From positions 124,001-188,000 of the IMG/VR virus record IMGVR_UViG_3300035182_002586: a stretch of DNA of 64,000 bases, one strand, 5' to 3'. This document shows, in pieces, positions 26,855 through 34,669 of this stretch (position 1 is the first letter of the stretch; the number at the start of each line of letters is the position of its first letter). The translations under genes and the position numbers were made by a program. The notes beneath the pieces are model-generated. The model searched no databases, was not told the DNA's origin, and saw only the letters and a list, made by a program, of their open reading frames with translations.

Positions 26855-28873
26855 ATGAACATGAACGCGAACAACCCCAACGAGAAGCTCGGTCCCGCCG
26901 AGAGGATCATCCAGACGGTCCTCGCCTACTCCGACCACATGGTCCACAACCGCCCGGGCGTCCTCACGAAGGACCCGGGTTCCGCGATCGGCGTCAAGTG
27001 GACGTACGTGACGCACAAGGTCGAGCCGAAGCCGGGCGCTGCTCCGGTCGCGGCCGCGCCGGCTGCCCCGAGGGTCAAGCGTGAGAAGGGCGCCAAGCGC
27101 GACCCGAACGCGCCCAAGGTCCCGAAGGTCAAGCGTCCGCCGATCCCGGACGGCATCAAGGTCGTCTACCAGCTCACGAAGGCGGGCAAGAAGACCATCC
27201 GCACGCGTCTCGGCGTCCTCCAGGACGACGGCAAGACGGTGAAGGCCGACAACGGCGTCACTATCGGCGAGTACCGTCCGGCGGGGCTCTTCCCGGAGGT
27301 CGCGGCCTGGATGTACAAGCAGGTCGCGGACGTCTGGAAGATCGACAACGAGTTCGCGGCGCGGTGGGCAAGCTACGCGTTCGGCCAGGAGCACCGTGAC
27401 CTCAAGGTCATCCTGGCGGCGTTCATGCTCGTCCAGAGCCGCAAGGGCGATCCGGTCCTCGACGGAGGCAAGGTCGCGTTCCTCGACGAGGACTACCGCG
27501 ACGTGGGTGAGGCGATGATGCTCATCCGCGAGAAGGGGCAGAAGGACCTCAACCCGAAGCTCCTGCTCCGCATCCGTGACCTGCTCACGATCCCGGCCGT
27601 CGCCGAGGTCAACCGCGAGCTGGGTTTCGGCCGCAGCGCCCGCAAGCCGTTCTACGGCCGGTGGGAGAAGGCGGTCGAGAAGTGGCTGCGGCACCGCGAG
27701 GAGAACCCGAAGCTCCTCCAGGGCCTCGTGAAGGCGGGCTTCCGCTCGACCGTCATGGAGCTGGCGTGCGCCATCGGTTACAAGCCGGAGACCCCGAAGT
27801 TCTTCGAGATCCTCCGGTGGAAGCAGGCGCAGGCGAAGGATGGGCGCCGGGCCCTCGACATCGGCAAGGCCGTCACGGCTGCCGAGACGTGGGAGGGGTT
27901 CACCGAGCAGCAGATCTGCGAGACGATCGTTCGTACCAAGCCCAACTACAAGCGCGTCATCGGGCTCATCCCGAAGGCCGTGGGGCTCACGCGGGCCATC
28001 GTCGCGGCGACCATCGAGGCTGGCGGGTTCTCGAACAAGGACCTGATCCAGTTCACGCCGACCCTGGAGGAGCTGGGCCTCCTCAACGTGCAGGACGTGC
28101 GTGAGCGGTGGGAGAAGGCGATGCGCGAGGCCGACGACATGCGTGCAGCGAACATCGCGCTGCGCGTCAAGTCCAAGGCGGTCGCGGAGAAGCTCCAGGA
28201 CGCGGCCGATACCGCCATCAAGGCGGCGGTGGCCGAGGTCGTGAAGGGCCTCCGGATCTACGTCGTCGTCGACCGTTCGGGCTCCATGGATGGTGCGATC
28301 GAGGCGGCCAAGAGCCACATCGGACGCTTCCTCCAGGGCTTCCCGGCAGACAAGCTGCACGTCTCCATCTTCAACACCGTGGGCCGCGAGGTGCAGATCA
28401 AGCACGCCTCGGCTGCGGGCGTCGAGAACGCCTTCCGGGGCATCCAGGCGGAGGGTGGGACGAACCATGCGGATGGCGTCAAGGTGCTCTCGAAGTACAA
28501 GCCGGCCGACGACGAGGACGTGCTGATGATCTTCATCGGCGACGAGGAGGACTCGCACCAGCACTTCGTGCCGACGGTCCAGGCTTCTGGACTCCGGCCG
28601 ATGGCCTTCGGCCTCGTGCGTGTCCTCGGTCGGCAGAGTCACGGGCGTGGCATGGCGGTGCGCAACACCGCGCAACTCCTCGGCATCCCGTGCTTCCAGA
28701 TCGACGAGAAGACGTTTGCGGACCCGTACGCGATCCCGCGCACGATCCGCAACCTCGTCGCGGCGACCCCGGTGGGGGCCGTCACGACCGCTGCTCCGCA
28801 GCGTGTCCGTGAGACCCTCGTGGACACGATCCTCAAGACGGACGTGCTCAAGAAGCCGGCCTGGGCCGCCTAG
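26855..28873 (+). CDS. Ro60-like protein (TROVE-like helical region plus C-terminal vWA)
   Basis: vWA MIDAS motifs DRSGSM, GGT and GDEED are clear; the TROVE-like assignment of the basic helical N-terminal region is inferred from architecture. Confidence 0.75.
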   Translation: MNMNANNPNEKLGPAERIIQTVLAYSDHMVHNRPGVLTKDPGSAIGVKWTYVTHKVEPKPGAAPVAAAPAAPRVKREKGAKRDPNAPKVPKVKRPPIPDGIKVVYQLTKAGKKTIRTRLGVLQDDGKTVKADNGVTIGEYRPAGLFPEVAAWMYKQVADVWKIDNEFAARWASYAFGQEHRDLKVILAAFMLVQSRKGDPVLDGGKVAFLDEDYRDVGEAMMLIREKGQKDLNPKLLLRIRDLLTIPAVAEVNRELGFGRSARKPFYGRWEKAVEKWLRHREENPKLLQGLVKAGFRSTVMELACAIGYKPETPKFFEILRWKQAQAKDGRRALDIGKAVTAAETWEGFTEQQICETIVRTKPNYKRVIGLIPKAVGLTRAIVAATIEAGGFSNKDLIQFTPTLEELGLLNVQDVRERWEKAMREADDMRAANIALRVKSKAVAEKLQDAADTAIKAAVAEVVKGLRIYVVVDRSGSMDGAIEAAKSHIGRFLQGFPADKLHVSIFNTVGREVQIKHASAAGVENAFRGIQAEGGTNHADGVKVLSKYKPADDEDVLMIFIGDEEDSHQHFVPTVQASGLRPMAFGLVRVLGRQSHGRGMAVRNTAQLLGIPCFQIDEKTFADPYAIPRTIRNLVAATPVGAVTTAAPQRVRETLVDTILKTDVLKKPAWAA

Positions 28874-28890
28874 TGGTGTAGTCATCGGGC

Positions 28891-29211
28891 ATGGCGCCCA
28901 CCATGCCCGATGATCCCCACATCTCGTTCTCGTTCGTGAGAATCGACGAAGACCTCGTTCGTCGCGTGGCCGAGCGCTGCGGGGCGAACGAGGCCGACGT
29001 TTGGGCCTACCTCAGGTCCGAATTTCAGCAGGACGACACGCTCCTGCACGCCTTCGAGTACTTCGGGGTCTTCCCCACGGGGAAGCACTACTACGAGCCG
29101 GGGAAACCCCGCCCCGATGATCCGCTTTCGCTGTCGTCGATGGGCTGCCGTGTCGTACACGCGGGCTACCCCAACAGCCTCGACTGCCGGCACACGAAAC
29201 CCACGAGGTAG
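28891..29211 (+). CDS. hypothetical protein
   Basis: ORF preceded by GGTGTA. Confidence 0.55.
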   Translation: MAPTMPDDPHISFSFVRIDEDLVRRVAERCGANEADVWAYLRSEFQQDDTLLHAFEYFGVFPTGKHYYEPGKPRPDDPLSLSSMGCRVVHAGYPNSLDCRHTKPTR

Positions 29212-29215
29212 GACC

Positions 29216-30214
29216 ATGAGCTGGAAGGACTTGCTACAGACGGAGGGTGAGACCGTCATCGCCCCTTGGGTCGAGGGCAAAGTTCTTCGCTCGGTCGATC
29301 GCACGTGGATGATCGAGGGGCGCCGTCCCCCGGAGCCCGGTTGGCACCGCTTCACCATCACGGCCCGCAAGGCCCGGTGGGAGAAGGCGGTCGACCCGCA
29401 GCCGGAGCTGCTCGTCGATGTCCAGCGTGGCTACCTGGTCGGTGACCGCCTCGTCCGGAACGACGCTCGTGTGGACCCGGACCCCGCGCTCATCACCGAG
29501 CAGTCGGAGCCCATCCATCTCGTCGAGCCCGGACTCGACCGCTTCGTACCCATCATCGCGGGCCGTGGCTTCGAGGACGGGCCCCTGATCTACCAGGGCC
29601 AGGACATGCCCTCGGGCCCCGAGGAGAGCGTCCTCCAGGCGTTCCTGGAGCGCCACATCAGCGTCAACGGCATTCCCGGCGTCACCCCCGCCCTCGACGC
29701 GGCTTTCCGCATGGAGAGCTGGCAGAGGTTGGAGGCCGACCGTCGAAGGGCTGAGATCGAGCGTCGACTCCGCGAGGAGGAAGAGAAGCGGCAGCGCGAA
29801 GAGCGCCGGCAGCAGCTCGTCCAGCAGCTCGGGGACGGTGCGGGACGCCGCCAAATGGCTCTCGTCGACTTCGCGGCCGCTGCTACGGCAGCTCTCGCGG
29901 TTGGAGGCGCGACGTACCTCGACCACCGGCGCTCTGCCGTCCGGGGGGAGATGGTGGTTCGGTTCCGGGTTCAGAACCGGAGCTTCGAGTGCACCTGCGA
30001 GGAGAAGACGCTCGCCATCGTCGACGCGGGTATCTGCCTCATCAACCACAACACCGGCGAGAAGGGCGACACCTACTTCACGCTGGAGTCGCTGCCTGCT
30101 GTCATCGCTGAGGCGGTCCGCAAGCACAAGCTCGTCGTCTTCCGTCATGTCGGGGGTGGTGATCAGCACCACGACGACCACGACGATCGGGATGACGAAG
30201 ACGAGTTCGACTGA
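29216..30214 (+). CDS. coiled-coil protein with a possible E2 (UBC)-like C-terminal domain
   Basis: DAGICL...FTLESLPAVIAEA resembles the E2 GxICL active-site segment; lies within the E1/Ubl/JAB cluster. Confidence 0.55.
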   Translation: MSWKDLLQTEGETVIAPWVEGKVLRSVDRTWMIEGRRPPEPGWHRFTITARKARWEKAVDPQPELLVDVQRGYLVGDRLVRNDARVDPDPALITEQSEPIHLVEPGLDRFVPIIAGRGFEDGPLIYQGQDMPSGPEESVLQAFLERHISVNGIPGVTPALDAAFRMESWQRLEADRRRAEIERRLREEEEKRQREERRQQLVQQLGDGAGRRQMALVDFAAAATAALAVGGATYLDHRRSAVRGEMVVRFRVQNRSFECTCEEKTLAIVDAGICLINHNTGEKGDTYFTLESLPAVIAEAVRKHKLVVFRHVGGGDQHHDDHDDRDDEDEFD

Positions 30215-30240
30215 CTCTTCGGTGTAGAAGGAAGCTCGTC

Positions 30241-30648
30241 ATGATGGAAGCAGGCGTCGTCGTCGACATCCACGGAGAGGCCCTCCACTGGCACTTGCCG
30301 GAGGGTCGATCCGGGGGGTCGCTCCCGGACCACGTGGCCAAGCTCCCCGCGTCCGAGGAAGCGTTCCGCAAGGCGAACCTCTGGTACGTCTTCTGGGACA
30401 ACCGGGACAGCATCAAGGGGTTCGCCCACAGCCATCCCGGCGGTGGGGTCCCGGGCCCCTCGTACACGGACGTGACGACCTTCGCCGCTATCGAGGATGC
30501 CCTCGGGCAGCGCCTCGACTGGTGGATCACGAGCGACCAGGCGGTCGTCGTGTGCAGGTGGGCGGGCCCTCATCGGCTCACCTACCAGGTGGAGCGCCTC
30601 GCGGAAGACCCCTCGTGGGTTGCCGAGCTGAGACGCCTCAGCAAGTGA
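30241..30648 (+). CDS. JAB/MPN+ metalloprotease
   Basis: N-terminal E, then GFAHSHPGGGVPGPSYTD (HxH-x7-S-x2-D). Confidence 0.88.
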   Translation: MMEAGVVVDIHGEALHWHLPEGRSGGSLPDHVAKLPASEEAFRKANLWYVFWDNRDSIKGFAHSHPGGGVPGPSYTDVTTFAAIEDALGQRLDWWITSDQAVVVCRWAGPHRLTYQVERLAEDPSWVAELRRLSK

Positions 30649-30696
30649 CTGGCCTCCGGGCCCAACGAATCAAAGTGGAAGGGAGGGCTAACGCCC

Positions 30697-30957
30697 ATGA
30701 TCAACGCGAACGAAGCAATGGTGAACGTGACGTGGAACCGGCAGAATGGGAACCTCGTGGACCCGGTGCCGCTCGACTCGGCGGATGGCGACGTCCGCCA
30801 GTGGATCACGGAGGCGGTGCGCGCGGGTAGCGTGCCCGGTATCCCGGCCGACGGGGCTGCGGACTTCCACGACTACGTGATCGACCGGTTCGCGCCGACC
30901 GACGCGCGCCCGTACAACCTCATCTCGGTCCGCCCGAAGACCCCCTTCGGCGCGTGA
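30697..30957 (+). CDS. ubiquitin-like (beta-grasp) protein
   Basis: 86 aa, beta-beta-alpha-beta pattern, C-terminus RPKTPFGA with a penultimate Gly; lies between JAB and E1. Confidence 0.7.
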   Translation: MINANEAMVNVTWNRQNGNLVDPVPLDSADGDVRQWITEAVRAGSVPGIPADGAADFHDYVIDRFAPTDARPYNLISVRPKTPFGA

Positions 30958-30969
30958 GAAGGGAGGCTC

Positions 30970-31311
30970 ATGCTCAACGAGAACGTGCATGAGCCTCCGC
31001 TCCACGTCCGGCACGCGACCTTGGAGCGCCTGTCTTCGGACAGCGAGTTCAAGGTCCACTGCCCTGCGTGTACGGACGGCCTACTCATCGTGAGCCGTAA
31101 CCTCGATCGCGTCATCTCGTCGCTGGATCGCTGCATCTCTTGTGGGCAGGTCATCGTCTACGAAGACGAGACGATCGCGCACGAGAAGGTGCGTCGAATG
31201 CCCGAAGAGGCTGTGCGGGAGTACGCCGAGGGGTACGCAAAGGTCCTCGAAGGGAAGGCCCCCAAGAAGACCTCCCTGTGGGACCGTCTGCTGGGAGACG
31301 AAGACCTCTAG
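30970..31311 (+). CDS. zinc-ribbon protein
   Basis: CPAC...CISC; ggagg RBS. Confidence 0.65.
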   Translation: MLNENVHEPPLHVRHATLERLSSDSEFKVHCPACTDGLLIVSRNLDRVISSLDRCISCGQVIVYEDETIAHEKVRRMPEEAVREYAEGYAKVLEGKAPKKTSLWDRLLGDEDL

Positions 31312-31328
31312 CCGGTGTACAGGGGAAC

Positions 31329-31904
31329 ATGAAGAACATCGTCGTCATCGGCGTCGGAGCCCTCGGGTCTCACGTCGTCCAGTTCCTCCGCAGCGCGGGC
31401 GCGACGATCAAGGTCATCGACTTCGATCGCGTCGAGCAGAAAAACGTCCTCTCGCAGTTCCACGGCAAGCCGAACGTCGGCAAGTCCAAGGTCATGGCCC
31501 TCCAGCAGACGATGCAGTTCCTCTGGGGGGTGAAGATCGAGGTCGTGCCGCACAAGCTCGTCACCGACAACGCCGAGAACGTCATCGGCAAGCCGGACCT
31601 CATCATTGACTGCCTCGACAACGGGGCCGCCCGCCGCGTCGTGCAGACGTACGCTCGGGCCAAGAACATCCCGTGTCTCCACGGGGCGCTCGCGGCCGAC
31701 GGTGGCTTCGCCCGCGTCGTGTGGGACGAGAAGTTCGTCATCGACGACGAGGGCACCGGAGCCGGCGCGACCTGCGAGGACGGCGAGCATCTCCCCTTCA
31801 TCAGCCTCGCGTCCGCGCACATCGCGCGCGCCGCACAGTCCTTCCTCAAGGACGGCAAGAAGGGCGGCTTCGAAATCAACCCCGGCGGTTCGACCGGGAC
31901 TTGA
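31329..31904 (+). CDS. ThiF/E1-like adenylyltransferase
   Basis: GVGALGS, IDFDRVEQKN, GKSK, DCLDN, candidate catalytic Cys in ATCED. Confidence 0.9.
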   Translation: MKNIVVIGVGALGSHVVQFLRSAGATIKVIDFDRVEQKNVLSQFHGKPNVGKSKVMALQQTMQFLWGVKIEVVPHKLVTDNAENVIGKPDLIIDCLDNGAARRVVQTYARAKNIPCLHGALAADGGFARVVWDEKFVIDDEGTGAGATCEDGEHLPFISLASAHIARAAQSFLKDGKKGGFEINPGGSTGT

Positions 31905-31949
31905 CGGCTAGGTGAAGGCTCGCTAAGCTCCTGACGAGCCTTCACCCGT

Positions 31950-32459
31950 ATGCTGCGAACTTGTACGAAGTGTCTGGGTTCGAAGCCTGAGAAGTCTTTC
32001 GCAAAGACCTCCTCTGGGTACCGTCGTAGGGTCTGCCACACGTGCCAGAGCCGCGTAAAACGTGGTCAAGCCGATCCGACTCTTCGACGGGACTACCAAC
32101 GCAAACACCGCGAAGAGAACCCCCACATCTACGTCCTTGTTGATTGTCGGATGTCCGATCGTCGCAACAAGAGAACGGGTAACGACCTAGACACACTCTT
32201 CGTTGAGGCAGCCCTCAGCAACGGGTGTCAGTACTGTGGGGATACATCGCTCCGTATGACCCTGGACCGTATCGACAACACTCGTGCCCACGCGAAAGAC
32301 AACGTGGTTCCGTGTTGCCTCCGGTGTAACTACATCCGTGGGTCGATGCCCTACGAAGCCTGGCTTCATATGGTCCCAACGGTACGCGAGGCGAGAGAAC
32401 AGGGACTCTTTGGGGACTGGCGCTCGCAGCCTCTCAACAAGAGGCCGAAAGACCCTTGA
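31950..32459 (+). CDS. HNH-type endonuclease
   Basis: CQYCG...LDRIDN..AH...NVVPCC..CN; paralog of the 25935 gene. Confidence 0.88.
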   Translation: MLRTCTKCLGSKPEKSFAKTSSGYRRRVCHTCQSRVKRGQADPTLRRDYQRKHREENPHIYVLVDCRMSDRRNKRTGNDLDTLFVEAALSNGCQYCGDTSLRMTLDRIDNTRAHAKDNVVPCCLRCNYIRGSMPYEAWLHMVPTVREAREQGLFGDWRSQPLNKRPKDP

Positions 32460-32562
32460 CAAGCTCATCAGTCGAGTCCATGGTTGCTCCCGAGCTGGTG
32501 GGGCGAACCTCCGAAAGAAAAGGCACCGAGTCGGCAGCGAGTCGGTGTACAACCAGCAACAC

Positions 32563-32699
32563 GGGGAATACTGAGGGATGGTCCCTCACCGGAACGTAAA
32601 TCTGGCGCTAACGCACCTCGGCATCGCACCTCGCACCCGCAAGGGCGCACATCGCGGTTCCTACACGCTTTCTTGGTTCGAATCCAAGGTTCCCCACCA
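32563..32699 (+). ncRNA. tRNA-mimic RNA A1 (Tyr-like GTA) with module in the variable loop
   Basis: ggggaat/gttcccc+ACCA, D arm, ccgga-acgtaaa-tctgg, module 32629-32650, T arm. Confidence 0.8.
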
Positions 32700-32841
32700 C
32701 TCGCGACCATTAGACTGACCTCACACGCATATATGGGTTCGAGTCCCATTCCGCCCCCTCGGGGCAGATCGCCCAACTGGTAGGGCACTCGTCAGAAAAA
32801 CGAGCTTGCAAAAGCAACCAGGTCTGTCACTCGGACGCGAG
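32700..32841 (+). ncRNA. YrlA-like circularly permuted tRNA-mimic RNA B1 (GAA loop)
   Basis: Terminal stem ctcgcg/cgcgag; order is T arm, looped acceptor, D arm, anticodon arm. Confidence 0.8.
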
Positions 32842-32879
32842 TAACTTTTTTCTCTCAGCCACGACTCAGGACACGTTAC

Positions 32880-33021
32880 GCCCGTTCACAGAGGATCGGT
32901 TCCTCGCCTCCCTTCCACGGAGGAGCGAAAGCTCTAACTCCAGATCTGCCCCTCGCATCCGCAAGGACGCACCCCGCAGTTCTCACAAGACATCTCGGTT
33001 CGACTCCGAGGACGGGCTCCA
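32880..33021 (+). ncRNA. tRNA-mimic RNA A2 (Gly-like TCC)
   Basis: gcccgtt/gacgggc+TCCA, cctcc-cttccac-ggagg, module 32951-32972. Confidence 0.8.
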
Positions 33022-33057
33022 CACTCTCTCGCTCTTTGCAGCTCTCTCGACACTTTC

Positions 33058-33182
33058 GGCGGATCGGGGCTAGGGCCCCCACTTTCCCTCATACGGAACG
33101 ATCCGGCTCGTCTCCTCGCACCCGCAAGGGCGCACCCCCGACGAGCCCACAAGCCTGCCTGGTTCGAATCCAGGATCCGCCT
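33058..33182 (+). ncRNA. tRNA-mimic RNA A3 (Met-like CAT)
   Basis: ggcggat/atccgcc, ttcc-ctcatac-ggaa, module 33114-33135. Confidence 0.78.
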
Positions 33183-33184
33183 CT

Positions 33185-33312
33185 GGGGCGACCATCACGC
33201 ACTGCTCACACGCAATATCGTCCAATGGTAGGACGGTGGCCTTAAAAGCCGCTTGTACAGGTTCGAGTCCTGTTACTGCAACCAAAGTCCAGCAGTGCAC
33301 CTCGGACGCCCC
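33185..33312 (+). ncRNA. RNA C1: module strands clamping a complete tRNA-like unit (TAA, 33211-33284)
   Basis: ggggcg/cgcccc and gcactgct/agcagtgc stems around a cloverleaf ending ACCA. Confidence 0.78.
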
Positions 33313-33337
33313 TAACTTCTCTCGTCACGTCACTCTT

Positions 33338-33471
33338 GGAGGATCATAGAGGGTCGGTCCCTCACCTGCCATTTCAAGCAGGAGCCTAACAGCTCCCAGG
33401 ACTGCACCTCGCATCCGCAAGGACGCACCAAGCAGTTCTCACACGCCCCGGTTCGACTCCGGAATCCTCCG
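33338..33471 (+). ncRNA. tRNA-mimic RNA A4 (8-nt loop catttcaa)
   Basis: ggaggat/atcctcc, module 33407-33428, T arm. Confidence 0.78.
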
Positions 33472-33504
33472 CCGCCCCGCAAGGGGTTGTTACTGACACG
33501 AATG

Positions 33505-33644
33505 TGGCCGTCACAGGGGATCGGTTCCCCACCTGCTTGCAACGCAGGAGCCTAACAGCTCTTCCAGGATCGCACCTCGCACCCGCAAGGGAGCACTCAG
33601 CGGTTCTCACACGCCAACCGGTTCGACTCCGGGACGGCCAGCCA
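33505..33644 (+). ncRNA. tRNA-mimic RNA A5 (Cys-like GCA)
   Basis: tggccgt/acggcca+GCCA, cctgc-ttgcaac-gcagg, module 33575-33596. Confidence 0.8.
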
Positions 33645-33677
33645 CACTAGTTGCAGGGTTTGCTCTCGTCACGCATA

Positions 33678-33816
33678 TGCCCGTCACAGGGGATCGGTTC
33701 CCCACCTGCAATTGGAGCAGGAGCCTAAACAGCTCCCAGGATCACACCTCGCACCCGCAAGGGCGCATCCCGTGGTTCTCACACGCAAATCCGGTTCGAC
33801 TCCGGGACGGGCGACC
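33678..33816 (+). ncRNA. tRNA-mimic RNA A6 (Gln-like TTG)
   Basis: tgcccgt/acgggcg, cctgc-aattgga-gcagg, module 33747-33768. Confidence 0.8.
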
Positions 33817-33960
33817 GCTTCGCGACCATCAGACCGACCTCACAAGCAATGTTGGTTCGAATCCAACCTCCCCCTCCATTTACGGGGGAGTAGCCTAACT
33901 GGCAAAGGCACTCGTCAAATAAACGAGCAATCAACCAGGTCTGTCACTCGGACGCGAAGC
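33817..33960 (+). ncRNA. YrlA-like circularly permuted tRNA-mimic RNA B2 (AAT loop)
   Basis: gcttcgcg/cgcgaagc terminal stem; same order as B1. Confidence 0.8.
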
Positions 33961-33999
33961 TACTACTCCAGCCGGACCCCCACATAGGGTCCGGCTCAT

Positions 34000-34074
34000 G
34001 GTGACCATAGCCTAAAGGTAAGGCACTGGATTGTGGCTCCAGCTATACGGGTTCGATTCCCGTTGGTCACCCCA
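34000..34074 (+). tRNA. tRNA-His(GTG)
   Basis: G-1:C73, ttgtggc loop, CCA. Confidence 0.92.
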
Positions 34075-34154
34075 CGGACTCTCCATCGTGCGCCGGACAG
34101 TGCGCAGGGCGGCAGGGACCGACCAATCACACAGAACGGAACGGAGAAGAGGTC

Positions 34155-34667
34155 ATGAAGGTCACGGGCTACGCCTTCCGAGAGGCGATCAGGCAGCACG
34201 AGCTGCGGGCCAAGGCGGCAGCGGACACGTTCGACGGAACCCTCAAGAAGTTCCCGGATGAGAAGAAGCCGAGCCCGCAGGCCGTCATCGAGCAGTTCGC
34301 GACCTCGGAGCGCGCCGTCGCGCGGCTCCAGTCGGCGCAGGCGCAGTACAACCTCAAGGTATCCGTGGACGTGCTCGGCGAGCACATGACGCTCTCCGAA
34401 GCGGTCAAGCTGGTCGGCGGCGTCGGTCGCATCGAGAAGATGTGGCGGAACGCTGCGGGCGGGAAGAAGGACCGCTACGGCTACGGGAACGCGCAGGACG
34501 AGCGCGACCCGTCGAAAGTCTTCGCCGTCGAGACCGTCTCGACCGACGAGGCCGTCAAGCTCGCCTCCGTGGCGGCCAAGCGTGCCGGGGCCTTCCGCTC
34601 CGCCATCGCGACGGCCAACGCCCGCGAGGTCGAGATCGAGAACTTGGACCCGGCGCTCTTCGAGTAG
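34155..34667 (+). CDS. helical protein resembling the DIP1984/septicolysin-like family
   Basis: RLQSAQAQYNLKV...MTLSEAV...AIATANA pattern, recognised from memory. Confidence 0.5.
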   Translation: MKVTGYAFREAIRQHELRAKAAADTFDGTLKKFPDEKKPSPQAVIEQFATSERAVARLQSAQAQYNLKVSVDVLGEHMTLSEAVKLVGGVGRIEKMWRNAAGGKKDRYGYGNAQDERDPSKVFAVETVSTDEAVKLASVAAKRAGAFRSAIATANAREVEIENLDPALFE

Positions 34668-34669
34668 CC

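Noticed and set aside
26600-28885. Long antisense ORFs (also 9769-11319, 4054-5385, 20384-21469)
   Set aside because: These are shadow frames of GC3-rich genes and have no recognisable motifs.
30241-31904. Thiamine or molybdopterin sulfur-carrier pathway
   Set aside because: No ThiG, MoaE, cysteine synthase or rhodanese nearby. The Ubl lacks a terminal GG and the context is vWA plus RNAs. A tRNA-thiolation role is not fully excluded.
33338-33471. RNA A4 as tRNA-Sec or an opal suppressor (loop contains tca)
   Set aside because: The loop is 8 nt and TTC fits the anticodon position better. The acceptor is 7 bp and it shares the type A module.
32563-33960. CRISPR array interpretation of the recurring 22-nt motif
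   Set aside because: Spacing is irregular (about 160-320 nt), the intervening sequences are homologous cloverleafs rather than unique spacers, and no cas operon is evident.
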